Shown here in pieces: positions 12,301 to 25,370 of a stretch of 64,000 nt of DNA (the first letter of the stretch is position 1; the number at the start of each line of letters is the position of its first letter). This stretch comes from Antedon mediterranea (Eukaryota > Animalia > Echinodermata), in the NCBI RefSeq assembly GCF_964355755.1, contig NC_092680.1:11532001-11596000 (forward strand), written 5' to 3'. The notes beneath the pieces were generated by a model. That model did not search any database. It saw only the letters and a list, made by a program, of their open reading frames with translations, and was not told where the DNA came from. Both the position numbers and the translations under genes were made by a program.

Positions 12301-13180
12301 TTAACAAGTTTTTTCGAAAATCACAAAATGGTCTAAATCGTCTCCAAATGCGATTTGAAGCTCTTCTGTACACTTTGATGTTTTGTTTGAAAAAGTTTTG
12401 TCGAAATTCTCAAAATGGTCTAAAACGTTTTTAAATACGATATTAAGCTGTTTTGTGCACTTTGATGATTTGTGTGAAAAGTTTTAACGAAATGCTCAAA
12501 ATGGTCTAAAACGGTTTCTAATGTGATTTTAAGCACTTTGATGTTTTTGTGTAACCAAGTTTTTTCGAAAATCACAAAATAGTCTAAAACGTCTCCAAAT
12601 GCGATTTGAAGCTTTTCTAAGCACTTTGGTGTTTTTATGTTAACAAGTTTTTTCGAAAATCACAAAATGGTCGAAAACGTCTCAAAATGCGATTTGAGGA
12701 TATTCTGAGCACTTTGGTGTTTTTTTGTTAAAAAGTTTTTTCGAAAATCACAAAATGGTCTAAAACGTCTCCAAATGCGATTTGAAGCTATTCTGTACAC
12801 TTTGATGTTTTGTGTGAAAAAGTTTTGTCGAAATGCTCAAAATGGTCTAAAACGTTTTTAAATACGATATTAAGCTATTTTGTGATCTTTGATGTTTTTG
12901 TGTGAAAAGTTTTATCGAAATGCTCAAAATGGTCTAAAACGTTTTTAAAACGATATTAAGCTATTTTGTGCTCTTTGATGTTTTTGTGTAACCAAGTTTC
13001 ATCGAAAATCACAAAATGGTCTAAAACGTCGCCAAATGCGATTTGAAGCTATTCTGTACACTTTGATGTTTTGTGTGAAAAAGTTTTGTCGAAATGCTCA
13101 AAATGGTCTAAAACGTTTTTAAAACGATATTAAGCTATTTTGTGCTCTTTGATGTTTTTGTGTAACCAAGTTTCATCGAA
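3355..13180 (+). repeat. Tandem 4309-bp (50-monomer) higher-order repeat, ~2.3 copies
   Basis: Private markers recur at a 4309-bp offset: ggtcGaaaac (8363/12672, also 4051), aatgAtctaa (7245/11554), ctaaaTcgtc (8029/12338, also 3715). The lengths of the 50 monomers (18x88 + 21x87 + 5x86 + 6x78) sum to 4309. Confidence 0.9.
10431..10857 (+). repeat. Representative basic 5-mer higher-order unit A-B-C-D-E (427 bp)
   Basis: A 10431-10518 (88 bp, gcttttctaagc...gttaacaag); B 10519-10606 (88 bp, gatattctgagc...gttaaaaag); C 10607-10693 (87 bp, ctgtacac...gtgtgaaaaag); D 10694-10779 (86 bp, aaatacgatattaagctg); E 10780-10857 (78 bp, cggtttctaatgtgatttt). This order and its variants recur throughout the window. 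Confidence 0.9.
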
Positions 13181-15559
13181 ATCAACAAAATGGTCTAATA
13201 CGTCTCCAAATGCGATTTGAAGCTTTTCCAAGCTTTTTGCTGTTTTTATGTTAAGTTTTTTCGAAAATCACAAAATGGTCTAAAACGTCTTCAAATGCGA
13301 TTTGAAGCTATTCTGTACACTTTGATGTTTTGTGTGAAAAAGTTTTGTCGAAATGCTCAAAATGGTCTAAAACGTTTTTAAATACGATATTAAGCTATTT
13401 TGTGATCTTTGATGTTTTTGTGTGAAAAGTTTTATCAAAATGCTCAAAATGGTCTGAAACGGTTTCTAATGCGATTTGAAGCTATTCTGTACACTTTGAA
13501 GTTTTGTGTGAAAAAGTTTTCTCGAAATGCTCAAAATGGTCTAAAACGTTTTTATATACCATATTAAGCTATTTTGTGCACTTTGATGTTTTTTTTGAAA
13601 AGTTTTATCGAAATGCTCAAAATGGTCTAAAACGGTTTCTATTGGGATTTTAAGCACTTTGATGATTTTGTGTAACCAAGTTTCATCGAAAATCACAAAA
13701 TGGTCTAAAACGTCTCCAAATGCGATTTGAGGATATTCTGAGCACTTTGGTGTTTTTTTGTTAAAAAGTTTTTTCGAAAATCACAAAATGGTCTAAAACG
13801 TCTCCAAATGCGATTTGAAGCTATTCTGTACACTTTGATGTTTTGTGTGAAAAAGTTTTGTCGAAATGCTCAAAATGGTCTAAAACGTTTTTAAATACGA
13901 TATTAAGCTATTTTGTGATCTTTGATGTTTTTGTGTGAAAAGTTTTATCGAAATGCTCAAAATGGTCTAAAACGTTTTTAAAACGATATTAAGCTATTTT
14001 GTGCTCTTTGATGTTTTTGTGTAACCAAGTTTCATCGAAAATCACAAAATGGTCTAAAACGTCGCCAAATGCGATTTGAAGCTTTTCTAAGCACTTTGGT
14101 GTTTTTATGTTAACAAGTTTTTTCGAAAATCACGAAATGGTCTAAAATATCTCCAAATGCGATTTGAAGATATTCTGAGCACTTTGGTGTTTTTATGTTA
14201 AAAAGTTTTTTCGAAAACCACAAAATGGTCTAAAACGTCTCCAAACTGATTTGAAGCTCTTCTGTACACTTTGATGTTTTGTGTGAAAAAGTTTTGTCGA
14301 AATTCTCAAAATGGTCTAAAACGTTTTTAAATACGATATTAAGCTGTTTTGTGCACTTTGATGATTTGTGTGAAAAGTTTTAACGAAATGCTCAAAATGG
14401 TCAAAAACGGTTTCTAATGTGATTTTAAGCACTTTGATGTTTTTGTGTAACCAAGTTTTTTCAAAAATCACAAAATGGTCTAAAACGTCTCCAAATGCGA
14501 TTTGAAGCTTTTCTAAGCACTTTGGTGTTTTTATGTTAACAAGTTTTTTCGAAAATCACAAAATGGTCTAAAACGTCTCCAAATGCGATTTGAAGATATT
14601 CTGAGCACTTTGGTGTTTTTATGTTAAAAAGTTTTTTCGAAAATCACAAAATAGTCTAAAACGTCTCCAAATGCGATTTGAAGCTATTCTGTACACTTTG
14701 ATGTTTTGTGTGAAAAAGTTTTGTCGAAATGCTCAAAATGGTCTAAAACGTTTTTAAAACGATATTATTAAGCTATTTTGTGCTCTTTGATGTTTTTGTG
14801 TAACCAAGTTTCATCGAAAATCACAAAATGGTCTAAAACGTCTCAAAATGCGATTTGAAGCTTTTCTAAGCACTTTGGTGTTTTTATCTTAACAAGTTTT
14901 TTCGAAAATCACGAAATGGTCTAAAATGTCTCCAAATGCGATTTGAAGATATTCTGAGCACTTTGGTGTTTTTATGTTAAAAAGTTTTTTCGAAAATCAC
15001 AAAATGGTCTAAAACGTCTCCAAATGCGATTTGAAGCTCTTCTGTACACTTTTATGTTTTGTGTGAAAAAGTTTTGTCGAAATGCTCAAAATGGTCTAAA
15101 ACGTTTTTAAATACGATATTAAGCTGTTTTGTGCACTTTGATGATTTGTGTGAAAAGTTTTAACGAAATGCTCAAAATGGTCTAAAACGGTTTCTAATGT
15201 GATTTTAAGCACTTTGATGTTTTTGTGTAACCAAGTTTTTTCGAAAATCACAAAATAGTCTAAAACGTCTCCAAATGCGATTTGAAGCTTTTCTAAGCAC
15301 TTTGGTGTTTTTATGTTAACAAGTTTTTTCGAAAATCACAAAATGGTCTAAAACGTCTCCAAATGCGATTTGAGGATATTCTGAGCACTTTGGTGTTTTT
15401 TTGTTAAAAAGTTTTTTCGAAAATCACAAAATGGTCTAAAACGTCTCCAAATGCGATTTGAAGCTATTCTGTACACTTTGATGTTTTGTGTGAAAAAGTT
15501 TTGTCGAAATGCTCAAAATGGTCTAAAACGTTTTTAAATACGATATTAAGCTATTTTGT

Positions 15560-17110
15560 GATCTTTGATGTTTTTGTGTGAAAAGTTTTATCGAAATGCT
15601 CAAAATGGTCTAAAACGGTTTCTATTGTGATTTTAAGCACTTTGATGATTTTGTGTAACCAAGTTTCATCGAAATGTACAAAATGGTCTAAAACGTCTCC
15701 AAATGCGATTTGAAGCTATTCTAAGTACTTTTGTGTTTTTATGTTAACAAGTTTTTTCGAAAATCACAAAATGGTCTAAAACGTCTCAAAATGCGATTTG
15801 AAGCTATTCTGTACACTTTGATGTTTTGTGTGAAAAAGTTTTGTCGAAATGCTCAAAATGGTCTAAAACGTTTTTAAAACGATATTAAGCTATTTTGTGC
15901 TCTTTGATGTTTTTGTGTAACCAAGTTTCATCGAAATCAACAAAATGGTCTAATACGTCTCCAAATGCGATTTGAAGCTTTTCCAAGCTTTTTGCTGTTT
16001 TTATGTTAAGTTTTTTCGAAAATCACAAAATGGTCTAAAACGTCTTCAAATGCGATTTGAAGCTATTCTGTACACTTTGATGTTTTGTGTGAAAAAGTTT
16101 TGTCGAAATGCTCAAAATGGTCTAAAACGTTTTTAAATACGATATTAAGCTATTTTGTGATCTTTGATGTTTTTGTGTGAAAAGTTTTATCAAAATGCTC
16201 AAAATGGTCTGAAACGGTTTCTAATGCGATTTGAAGCTATTCTGTAATCTTTGAAGTTTTGTGTGAAAAAGTTTTCTCGAAATGCTCAAAATGGTCTAAA
16301 ACGTTTTTATATACCATATTAAGCTATTTTGTGCACTTTGATGTTTTTGTGTGAAAAGTTTTATCGAAATGCTCAAAATGGTCTAAAACGGTTTCTATTG
16401 TGATTTTAAGCACTTTGATGATTTTGTGTAACCAAGTTTCATCGAAATGTACAAAATGGTCTAAAACGTCTCCAAATGCGATTTGAAGCTATTCTAAGTA
16501 CTTTTGTGTTTTTATGTTAACAAGTTTTTTCGAAAATCACAAAATGGTCTAAAACGTCTCAAAATGCGATTTGAAGCTATTCTGTACACTTTGATGTTTT
16601 GTGTGAAAAAGTTTTGTCGAAATGCTCAAAATGGTCTAAAACGTTTTTAAAACGATATTAAGCTATTTTGTGCTCTTTGATGTTTTTGTGTAACCAAGTT
16701 TCATCGAAATCAACAAAATGGTCTAATACGTCTCCAAATGCGATTTGAAGCTTTTCCAAGCTTTTTGCTGTTTTTATGTTAAGTTTTTTCGAAAATCACA
16801 AAATGGTCTAAAACGTCTTCAAATGCGATTTGAAGCTATTCTGTACACTTTGATGTTTTGTGTGAAAAGGTTTTGTCGAAATGCTCAAAATGGTCTAAAA
16901 CGTTTTTAAATACGATATTAAGCTATTTTGTGATCTTTGATGTTTTTGTGTGAAAAGTTTTATCAAAATGCTCAAAATGGTCTGAAACGGTTTCTAATGC
17001 GATTTGAAGCTATTCTGTACACTTTGAAGTTTTGTGTGAAAAAGTTTTCTCGAAATGCTCAAAATGGTCTAAAACGTTTTTATATACCATATTAAGCTAT
17101 TTTGTGCACT
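15560..17110 (+). repeat. Tandem 773-bp (9-monomer) duplication
   Basis: The rare 85-bp monomer cttttccaagctttttgctg...gttaagtttt occurs at 15978 and 16751 (offset 773), and the nine intervening monomer lengths sum to 773. Confidence 0.85.
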
Positions 17111-18239
17111 TTGATGTTTTTTTTGAAAAGTTTTATCGAAATGCTCAAAATGGTCTAAAACGGTTTCTATTGGGATTTTAAGCACTTTGATGATTTTGTG
17201 TAACCAAGTTTCATCGAAAATCACAAAATGGTCTAAAACGTCTCCAAATGCGATTTGAAGCTTTTCTAAGCACTTTTGTGTTTTTATGTTAACAAGTTTT
17301 TTCGAAAATCACAAAATGGTCTAAAACGTCTTCAAATGCGATTTGAAGCTATTCTGTACACTTTTATGTTTTGTGTGAAAAAGTTTTGTCGAAATTCTCA
17401 AAATGGTCTAAAACGTTTTTAAATACGATAATAAGCTGTTTTGTGCACTTTGATGATTTGTGTGAAAAGTTTTAACGAAATGCTCAAAATGGTCTAAAAC
17501 GGTTTCTAATGTGATTTTAAGCACTTTGATGTTTTTGTGTAACCAAGTTTTTTCGAAAATCACAAAATAGTTTAAAACGTCTCCAAATGCGATTTGAAGC
17601 TTTTCTAAGCACTTTGGTGTTTTTATGTTAACAAGTTTTTTCGAAAATCACAAAATGGTCTAAAACGTCTCCAAATGCGATTTGAGGATATTCTGAGCAC
17701 TTTGGTGTTTTTTTGTTAAAAAGTTTTTTCGAAAATCACAAAATGGTCTAAAACGTCTCCAAATGCGATTTGAAGCTATTCTGTACACTTTGATGTTTTG
17801 TGTGAAAAAGTTTTGTCGAAATTCTCAAAATGTTCTAAAACGTTTTTAAATACGATATTAAGCTATTTTGTGATCTTTGATGTTTTTGTGTGAAAAGTTT
17901 TATCGAAATGCTCAAAATGGTCTAAAACGTTTTTAAAACGATATTAAGCTATTTTGTGCTCTTTGATGTTTTTGTGTAACCAAGTTTCATCGAAAATCAC
18001 AAAATGGTCTAAAACGTCGCCAAATGCGATTTGAAGCTTTTCTAAGCACTTTGGTGTTTTTATGTTAACAAGTTTTTTCGAAAATCACGAAATGGTCTAA
18101 AATATCTCCAAATGCGATTTGAAGATATTCTGAGCACTTTGGTGTTTTTATGTTCAAAAGTTTTTTCGAAAATCACAAAATAGTCTAAAACGTCTCCAAA
18201 TGCGATTTGAAGCTATTCTGTACACTTTGAAGTTTTGTG

Positions 18240-18965
18240 TGAAAAAGTTTTGTCGAAATGCTCAAAATGGTCTAAAACGTTTTTAAAACGATATTAAGCT
18301 ATTTTGTGCACTTTAATGATTTGTGTGAAAAGTTTTACGAAATGCTCAAAATGGTCTAAAACGGTTTCTAATGTGATTTTAAGCACTTTGATGTTTTTGT
18401 GTAACCAAGTTTTTTCGAAAATCACAAAATGGTCTAAAACGTCTCCAAATGCGATTTCAAGCTTTTCTAAGCACTTTGGTGTTTTTATGTTAACAAGTTT
18501 TTTCGAAAATCACAAAATGGTCTAAAACGTCTCCAAATGCGATTTGAAGCTTTTCTAAGCACTTTGGTGTTTTTATGTTAACAAGTTTTTTCGAAAATCT
18601 TGAAATGGTCTAAAATGTCTCCAAATGCGATTTGAAGCTATTCTGTACACTTTGATGTTTTGTGTGAAAAAGTTTTGTCGAAATGCTCAAAATGGTCTAA
18701 AACGTTTTTAAAACGATATTAAGCTATTTTGTGCACTTTAATGATTTGTGTGAAAAGTTTTACGAAATGCTCAAAATGGTCTAAAACGGTTTCTAATGTG
18801 ATTTTAAGCACTTTGATGTTTTTGTGTAACCAAGTTTTTTCGAAAATCACAAAATGGTCTAAAACGTCTCCAAATGCGATTTCAAGCTTTTCTAAGCACT
18901 TTGGTGTTTTTATGTTAACAAGTTTTTTCGAAAATCACAAAATGGTCTAAAACGTCTCCAAATGC
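18240..18965 (+). repeat. Tandem 425-bp (5-monomer) duplication with private variants
   Basis: Variants cactttAatg, an 84-bp D-like monomer (agttttacg) and gatttCaagctttt occur together only here, twice, 425 bp apart. The identical ORFs at 18304 and 18729 confirm the offset. Confidence 0.88.
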
Positions 18966-21749
18966 GATTTGAGGATATTCTGAGCACTTTGGTGTTTTTA
19001 TGTTAAAAAGTTTTTTCGAAAATCACAAATTGGTCTAAAACGTCTCCAAATGCGATTTGAAGCTATTCTGTACACTTTGATGTTTTGTGTGAAAAAGTTT
19101 TGTCAAAATGCTCAAAATGGTCTAAAACGTTTTTAAAACGATATTAAGCTATTTTGTGCTCTTTGATGTTTTTGTGTAACCAAGTTTCATCGAAATCAAC
19201 AAAATGGTCTAATACGTCTCCAAATGCGATTTGAAGTTTTTCCAAGCACTTTGCTGTTTTTATGTTAACAAGTTTTTTCGAAAATCACAAAATGGTCTAA
19301 AACGTCTTCAAATGCGATTTGAAGCTATTCTGTACACTTTGATGTTTTGTGTGAAAAAGTTTTGTCGAAATGCTCAAAATGGTCTAAAACGTTTTTAAAT
19401 ACGATATAAAGCTATTTTGTGATCTTTGATGTTTTTGTGTGAAAAGTTTTATCGAAATGCTCAAAATGGTCTAAAACGGTTTCTAATGCGATTTGAAGCT
19501 ATTCTGTACCCTTTGAAGTTTTTTGTGAAAAAGTTTTCTCGAAATGCTCAAAATGGTCTAAAAAGTTTTTATATACCATATTAAGCTATTTTGTGCACTT
19601 TGATGTTTTTTGTGAAAAGTTTTATCGAAATGCTCAAAATGGTCTAAAACGGTTTCTATTGGGATTTTAAGCACTTTGATGATTTTGTGTAACCAAGTTT
19701 CATCGAAATGTACAAAATGGTCTAAAACGTCTCCAAATGCGATTTGAAGCTATTCTAAGTACTTTTGTGTTTTTATGTTAACAAGTTTTTTCGAAAATCA
19801 CAAAATGGTCTAAAACGTCTTCAAATGCGATTTGAAGCTATTCTGTACACTTTTATGTTTTGTGTGAAAAAGTTTTGTCGAAATTCTCAAAATGGTCTAA
19901 AACGTTTTTAAATACGATATTAAGCTGTTTTGTGCACTTTGATGATTTGTGTGAAAAGTTTTAACGAAATGCTCAAAATGGTCAAAAACGGTTTCTAATG
20001 TGATTTTAAGCACTTTGATGTTTTTGTGTAACCAAGTTTTTTCAAAAATCACAAAATGGTCTAAAACGTCTCCAAATGCGATTTGAAGCTTTTCTAAGCA
20101 CTTTGGTGTTTTTATGTTAACAAGTTTTTTCGAAAATCACAAAATGGTCTAAAACGTCTCCAAATGCGATTTGAAGATATTCTGAGCACTTTGGTGTTTT
20201 TATGTTAAAAAGTTTTTTCGAAAATCACAAAATAGTCTAAAACGTCTCCAAATGCGATTTGAAGCTATTCTGTACACTTTGATGTTTTGTGTGAAAAAGT
20301 TTTGTCGAAATGCTCAAAATGGTCTAAAACGTTTTTAAAACGATATTAAGCTATTTTGTGCTCTTTGATGTTTTTGTGTAACCAAGTTTCATCGAAAATC
20401 ACAAAATGGTCTAAAACGTCTCAAAATGCGATTTGAAGCTTTTCTAAGCACTTTGGTGTTTTTATGTTAACAAGTTTTTTCGAAAATCACGAAATGGTTT
20501 AAAATATCTCCAAATGCGATTTGAAGATATTCTGAGCACTTTGGTGTTTTTATGTTAAAAAGTTTTTTCGAAAATCACAAAATGGTCTAAAACGTCTCCA
20601 AATGCGATTTGAAGCTCTTCTGTACACTTTGATGTTTTGTGTGAAAAAGTTTTGTCGAAATGCTCAAAATGGTCTAAAACGTTTTCAAATACGATATTAA
20701 GCTGTTTTGTGCACTTTGATGATTTGTGTGAAAAGTTTTAACGAAATCCTCAAAATGGTCTAAAACGGTTTCTAATGTGATTTTAAGCACTTTGATGTTT
20801 TTGTGTAACCAAGTTTTATCGAAAATCACAAAATAGTCTAAAACGTCTCCAAATGCGATTTGAAGCTTTTCTAAGCACTTTGGTGTTTTTATGTTAACAA
20901 GTTTTTTCGAAAATCACAAAATGGTCTAAAACGTCTCCAAATGCGATTTGAGGATATTCTGAGCACTTTGGTGTTTTTTTGTTAAAAAGTTTTTTCGAAA
21001 ATCACAAAATGGTCTAAAACGTCTCCAAATGCGATTTGAAGCTATTCTGTACACTTTGATGTTTTGTGTGAAAAAGTTTTGTCGAAATGCTCAAAATGGT
21101 CTAAAACATTTTTAAATACGATATTAAGCTATTTTGTGATCTTTGATGTTTTTGTGTGAAAAGTTTTATCGAAATGCTCAAAATGGTCTAAAACGGTTTC
21201 TATTGTGATTTTAAGCACTTTGATGATTTTGTGTAACCAAGTTTCATCGAAATGTACAAAATGGTCTAAAACGTCTCCAAATGCGATTTGAAGCTATTCT
21301 AAGTACTTTTGTGTTTTTATGTTAACAAGTTTTTTCGAAAATCACAAAATGGTCTAAAACGTCTTCAAATGCGATTTGAAGCTATTCTGTACACTTTGAT
21401 GTTTTGTGTGAAAAAGTTTTGTCAAAATGCTCAAAATGGTCTAAAACGTTTTTAAAACGATATTAAGCTATTTTGTGCTCTTTGATGTTTTTGTGTAACC
21501 AAGTTTCATCGAAAATCACAACATGGTCTAAAACGTCTCCAAATGCGATTTGAAGCTTTTCTAAGCACTTTGGTGTTTTTATGTTAACAAGTTTTTTCGA
21601 AAATCACAAAATGGTCTAAAACGTCTCCAAATGCGATTTGAAGCTCTTCTGTACACTTTGATGTTTTGTTTGAAAAAGTTTTGTCGAAATTCTCAAAATG
21701 GTCTAAAACGTTTTTAAATTCGATATTAAGCGGTTTTGTGCACTTTGAT

Positions 21750-24700
21750 GATTTGTGTGAAAAGTTTTAACGAAATGCTCAAAATGGTCAAAAACGGTTT
21801 CTAATGTGATTTTAAGCACTTTGATGTTTTTGTGTAACCAAGTTTTTTCGAAAATCACAAAATGGTCTAAAACGTCTCCAAATGCGATTTGAGGATATTC
21901 TGAGCACTTTGGTGTTTTTATGTTAAAAAGTTTTTTCGAAAATCACAAAATGGTCTAAAACGTCTCAAAATGCGATTTGAAGCTAATCTGTACACTTTGA
22001 TGTTTTGTGTGAAAAAGTTTTGTCGAAATGCTCAAAATGGTCTAAAACGTTTTTAAAACGATATTAAGCTATTTTGTGCTCTTTGATGTTTTTGTGTAAC
22101 CAAGTTTCATCGAAATCAACAAAATGGTCTAATACGTCTCCAAATGCGATTTGAAGCTTTTCCAAGCACTTTGCTGTTTTTATGTTAACAAGTTTTTTCG
22201 AAAATCACAAAATGGTCTAAAACGTCTTCAAATGCGATTTGAAGCTATTCTGTAGACTTTGATGTTTTGTGTGAAAAAGTTTTGTCGAAATGCTCAAAAT
22301 GGTCTAAAACGTTTTTAAATACGATATTAAGCTATTTTGTGATCTTTGATGTTTTTGTGTGAAAAGTTTTATCAAAATGCTCAAAGTGGTCTGAAACGGT
22401 TTCTAATGCGATTTGAAGCTATTCTGTACACTTTGAAGTTTTGTGTGAAAAAGTTTTCTCGAAATGCTCAAAATGGTCTAAAACGTTTTTATATACCATA
22501 TTAAGCTATTTTGTGCACTTTGATGTTTTTTGTGAAAAGTTTTATCGAAATGCTCAAAATGGTCTAAAACGGTTTCTATTGGGATTTTAAGCACTTTGAT
22601 GATTTTGTGTAACCAAGTTTTATCGAAATGTACAAAATGGTCTAAAACGTCTCCAAATGCGATTTGAAGCTATTCTAAGTACTTTTGTGTTTTTATGTTA
22701 ACAAGTTTTTTCGAAAATCACAAAATGGTCTAAAACGTCTTTCAAATGCGATTTGAAGCTATTCTGTACACTTTTATGTTTTGTGTGAAAAAGTTTTGTC
22801 GAAATTCTCAAAATGGTCTAAAACGTTTTTAAATACGATATTAAGCTGTTTTGTGCACTTTGATGATTTGTGTGAAAAGTTTTAACGAAATGCTCAAAAT
22901 GGTCAAAAACGGTTTCTAATGTGATTTTAAGCACTTTGATGTTTTTGTGTAACCAAGTTTTTTCAAAAATCACAAAATGGTCTAAAACGTCTCCAAATGC
23001 GATTTGAAGCTTTTCTAAGCACTTTGGTGTTTTTATGTTAACAAGTTTTTTCGAAAATTACAAAATGGTCTAAAACGTCTCCAAATGCGATTTGAAGATA
23101 TTCTGAGCACTTTGGTGTTTTTATGTTAAAAAGTTTTTTCGAAAATCACAAAATAGTCTAAAACGTCTCCAAATGCGATTTGAAGCTATTCTGTACACTT
23201 TGATGTTTTGTGTGAAAAAGTTTTGTCGAAATGCTCAAAATGGTCTAAAACGTTTTTAAAACGATATTAAGCTATTTTGTGCTCTTTGATGTTTTTTTGT
23301 AACCAAGTTTCATCGAAAATCACAAAATGGTCTAAAACGTCTCAAAATGCGATTTGAAGCTTTTCTAAGCACTTTGGTGTTTTTATGTTAACAAGTTTTT
23401 TCGAAAATCACGAAATGGTCTAAAATGTCTCCAAATGCGATTTGAAGATATTCTGAGCACTTTGGTGTTTTTATGTTAAAAAGTTTTTTCGAAAATCACA
23501 AAATGGTCTAAAACGTCTCCAAATGCGATTTGAAGCTCTTCTGTACACTTTGATGTTTTGTGTGAAAAAGTTTTGTCGAAATGCTCAAAATGGTCTAAAA
23601 CGTTTTCAAATACGATATTAAGCTGTTTTGTGCACTTTGATGATTTGTGTGAAAAGTTTTAACGAAATGCTCAAAATGGTCTAAAACGGTTTCTAATGTG
23701 ATTTTAAGCACTTTGGTGTTTTTATGTTAACAAGTTTTTTCGAAAATCACAAAATGGTCTAAAACGTCTCCAAATGCGATTTGAGGATATTCTGAGCTCT
23801 TTGGTGTTTTTTTGTTAAAAAGTTTTTTCGAAAATCACAAAATGGTCTAAAACGTCTCCAAATGCGATTTGAAGCTATTCTGTACACTTTGATGTTTTGT
23901 GTGAAAAAGTTTTGTCGAAATGCTCAAAATGGTCTAAAACATTTTTAAATACGATATTAAGCTATTTTGTGATCTTTGATGTTTTTGTGTGAAAAGTTTT
24001 ATCGAAATGCTCAAAATGGTCTAAAACGGTTTCTATTGTGATTTTAAGCACTTTGATGATTTTGTGTAACCAAGTTTCATCGAAATGTACAAAATGGTCT
24101 AAAACGTCTTTAAATGCGATTTGAAGCTATTCTAAGTACTTTTGTGTTTTTATGTTAACAAGTTTTTTCGAAAATCACAAAATGGTCTAAAACGTCTTCA
24201 AATGCGATTTGAAGCTATTCTGTACACTTTGATGTTTTGTGTGAAAAAGTTTTGTCAAAATGCTCAAAATGGTCTAAAACGTTTTTAAAACGATATTAAG
24301 CTATTTTGTGCTCTTTGATGTTTTTGTGTAACCAAGTTTCATCGAAAATCACAACATTGTCTAAAACGTCTCCAAATGCGATTTGAAGCTTTTCTAAGCA
24401 CTTTGGTGTTTTTATGTTAACAAGTTTTTTCGAAAATCACAAAATGGTCTAAAACGTCTCCAAATGCGATTTGAAGCTCTTCAGTACACTTTGATGTTTT
24501 GTTTGAAAAAGTTTTGTCGAAATTCTCAAAATGGTCTAAAACGTTTTTAAATTCGATATTAAGCTGTTTTGTGCACTTTGATGATTTGTGTGAAAAGTTT
24601 TAACGAAATGCTCAAAATGGTCTAAAACGGTTTCTAATGTGATTTTAAGCACTTTGATGTTTTTGTGTAACCAAGTTTTTTCGAAAATCACAAAATAGTC

Positions 24701-25370
24701 TAAAACGTCTCCAAATGCGATTTGAAGCTTTTCTAAGCACTTTGGTGTTTTTATGTTAACAAGTTTTTTCGAAAATCACAAAATGGTCTAAAACGTCTCC
24801 AAATGCGATTTGAGGATATTCTGAGCACTTTGGTGTTTTTATGTTAATAAGTTTTTTCGAAAATCACAAAATGGTCTAAAACGTCTTCAAATGCGATTTG
24901 AAGCTATTCTGTAGACTTTGATGTTTTGTGTGAAAAAGTTTTGTCGAAATGCTCAAAATGGTCTAAAACGTTTTTAAATACGATATTAAGCTATTTTGTG
25001 ATCTTTGATGTTTTTGTGTGAAAAGTTTTATCGAAATGCTCAAAATGGTCTAAAACGGTTTCTATTGTGATTTTAAGCACTTTGATGATTTTGTGTAACC
25101 AAGTTTCATCGAAATGTACAAAATGGTCTAAAACGTCTCCAAATGCGATTTGAAGCTATTCTAAGTACTTTTGTGTTTTTATGTTAACAAGTTTTTTCGA
25201 AAATCACAAAATGGTCTAAAACGTCTTCAAATGCGATTTGAAGCTATTCTGTACACTTTGATGTTTTGTGTGAAAAAGTTTTGTCAAAATGCTCAAAATG
25301 GTCTAAAACGTTTTTAAAACGATATTAAGCTATTTTGTGCTCTTTGATGTTTTTGTGTAACCAAGTTTCA
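21750..25370 (+). repeat. Dispersed near-identical copy of window positions ~1-3600 (offset ~21.75 kb)
   Basis: Shared otherwise-rare variants: gctaAtctg (237/21986), caaaGtggtctg (634/22386), gaaaatTac (~1301/23058), caacatTgtc (~2595/24357), cttcAgtac (~2718/24483). Confidence 0.85.
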
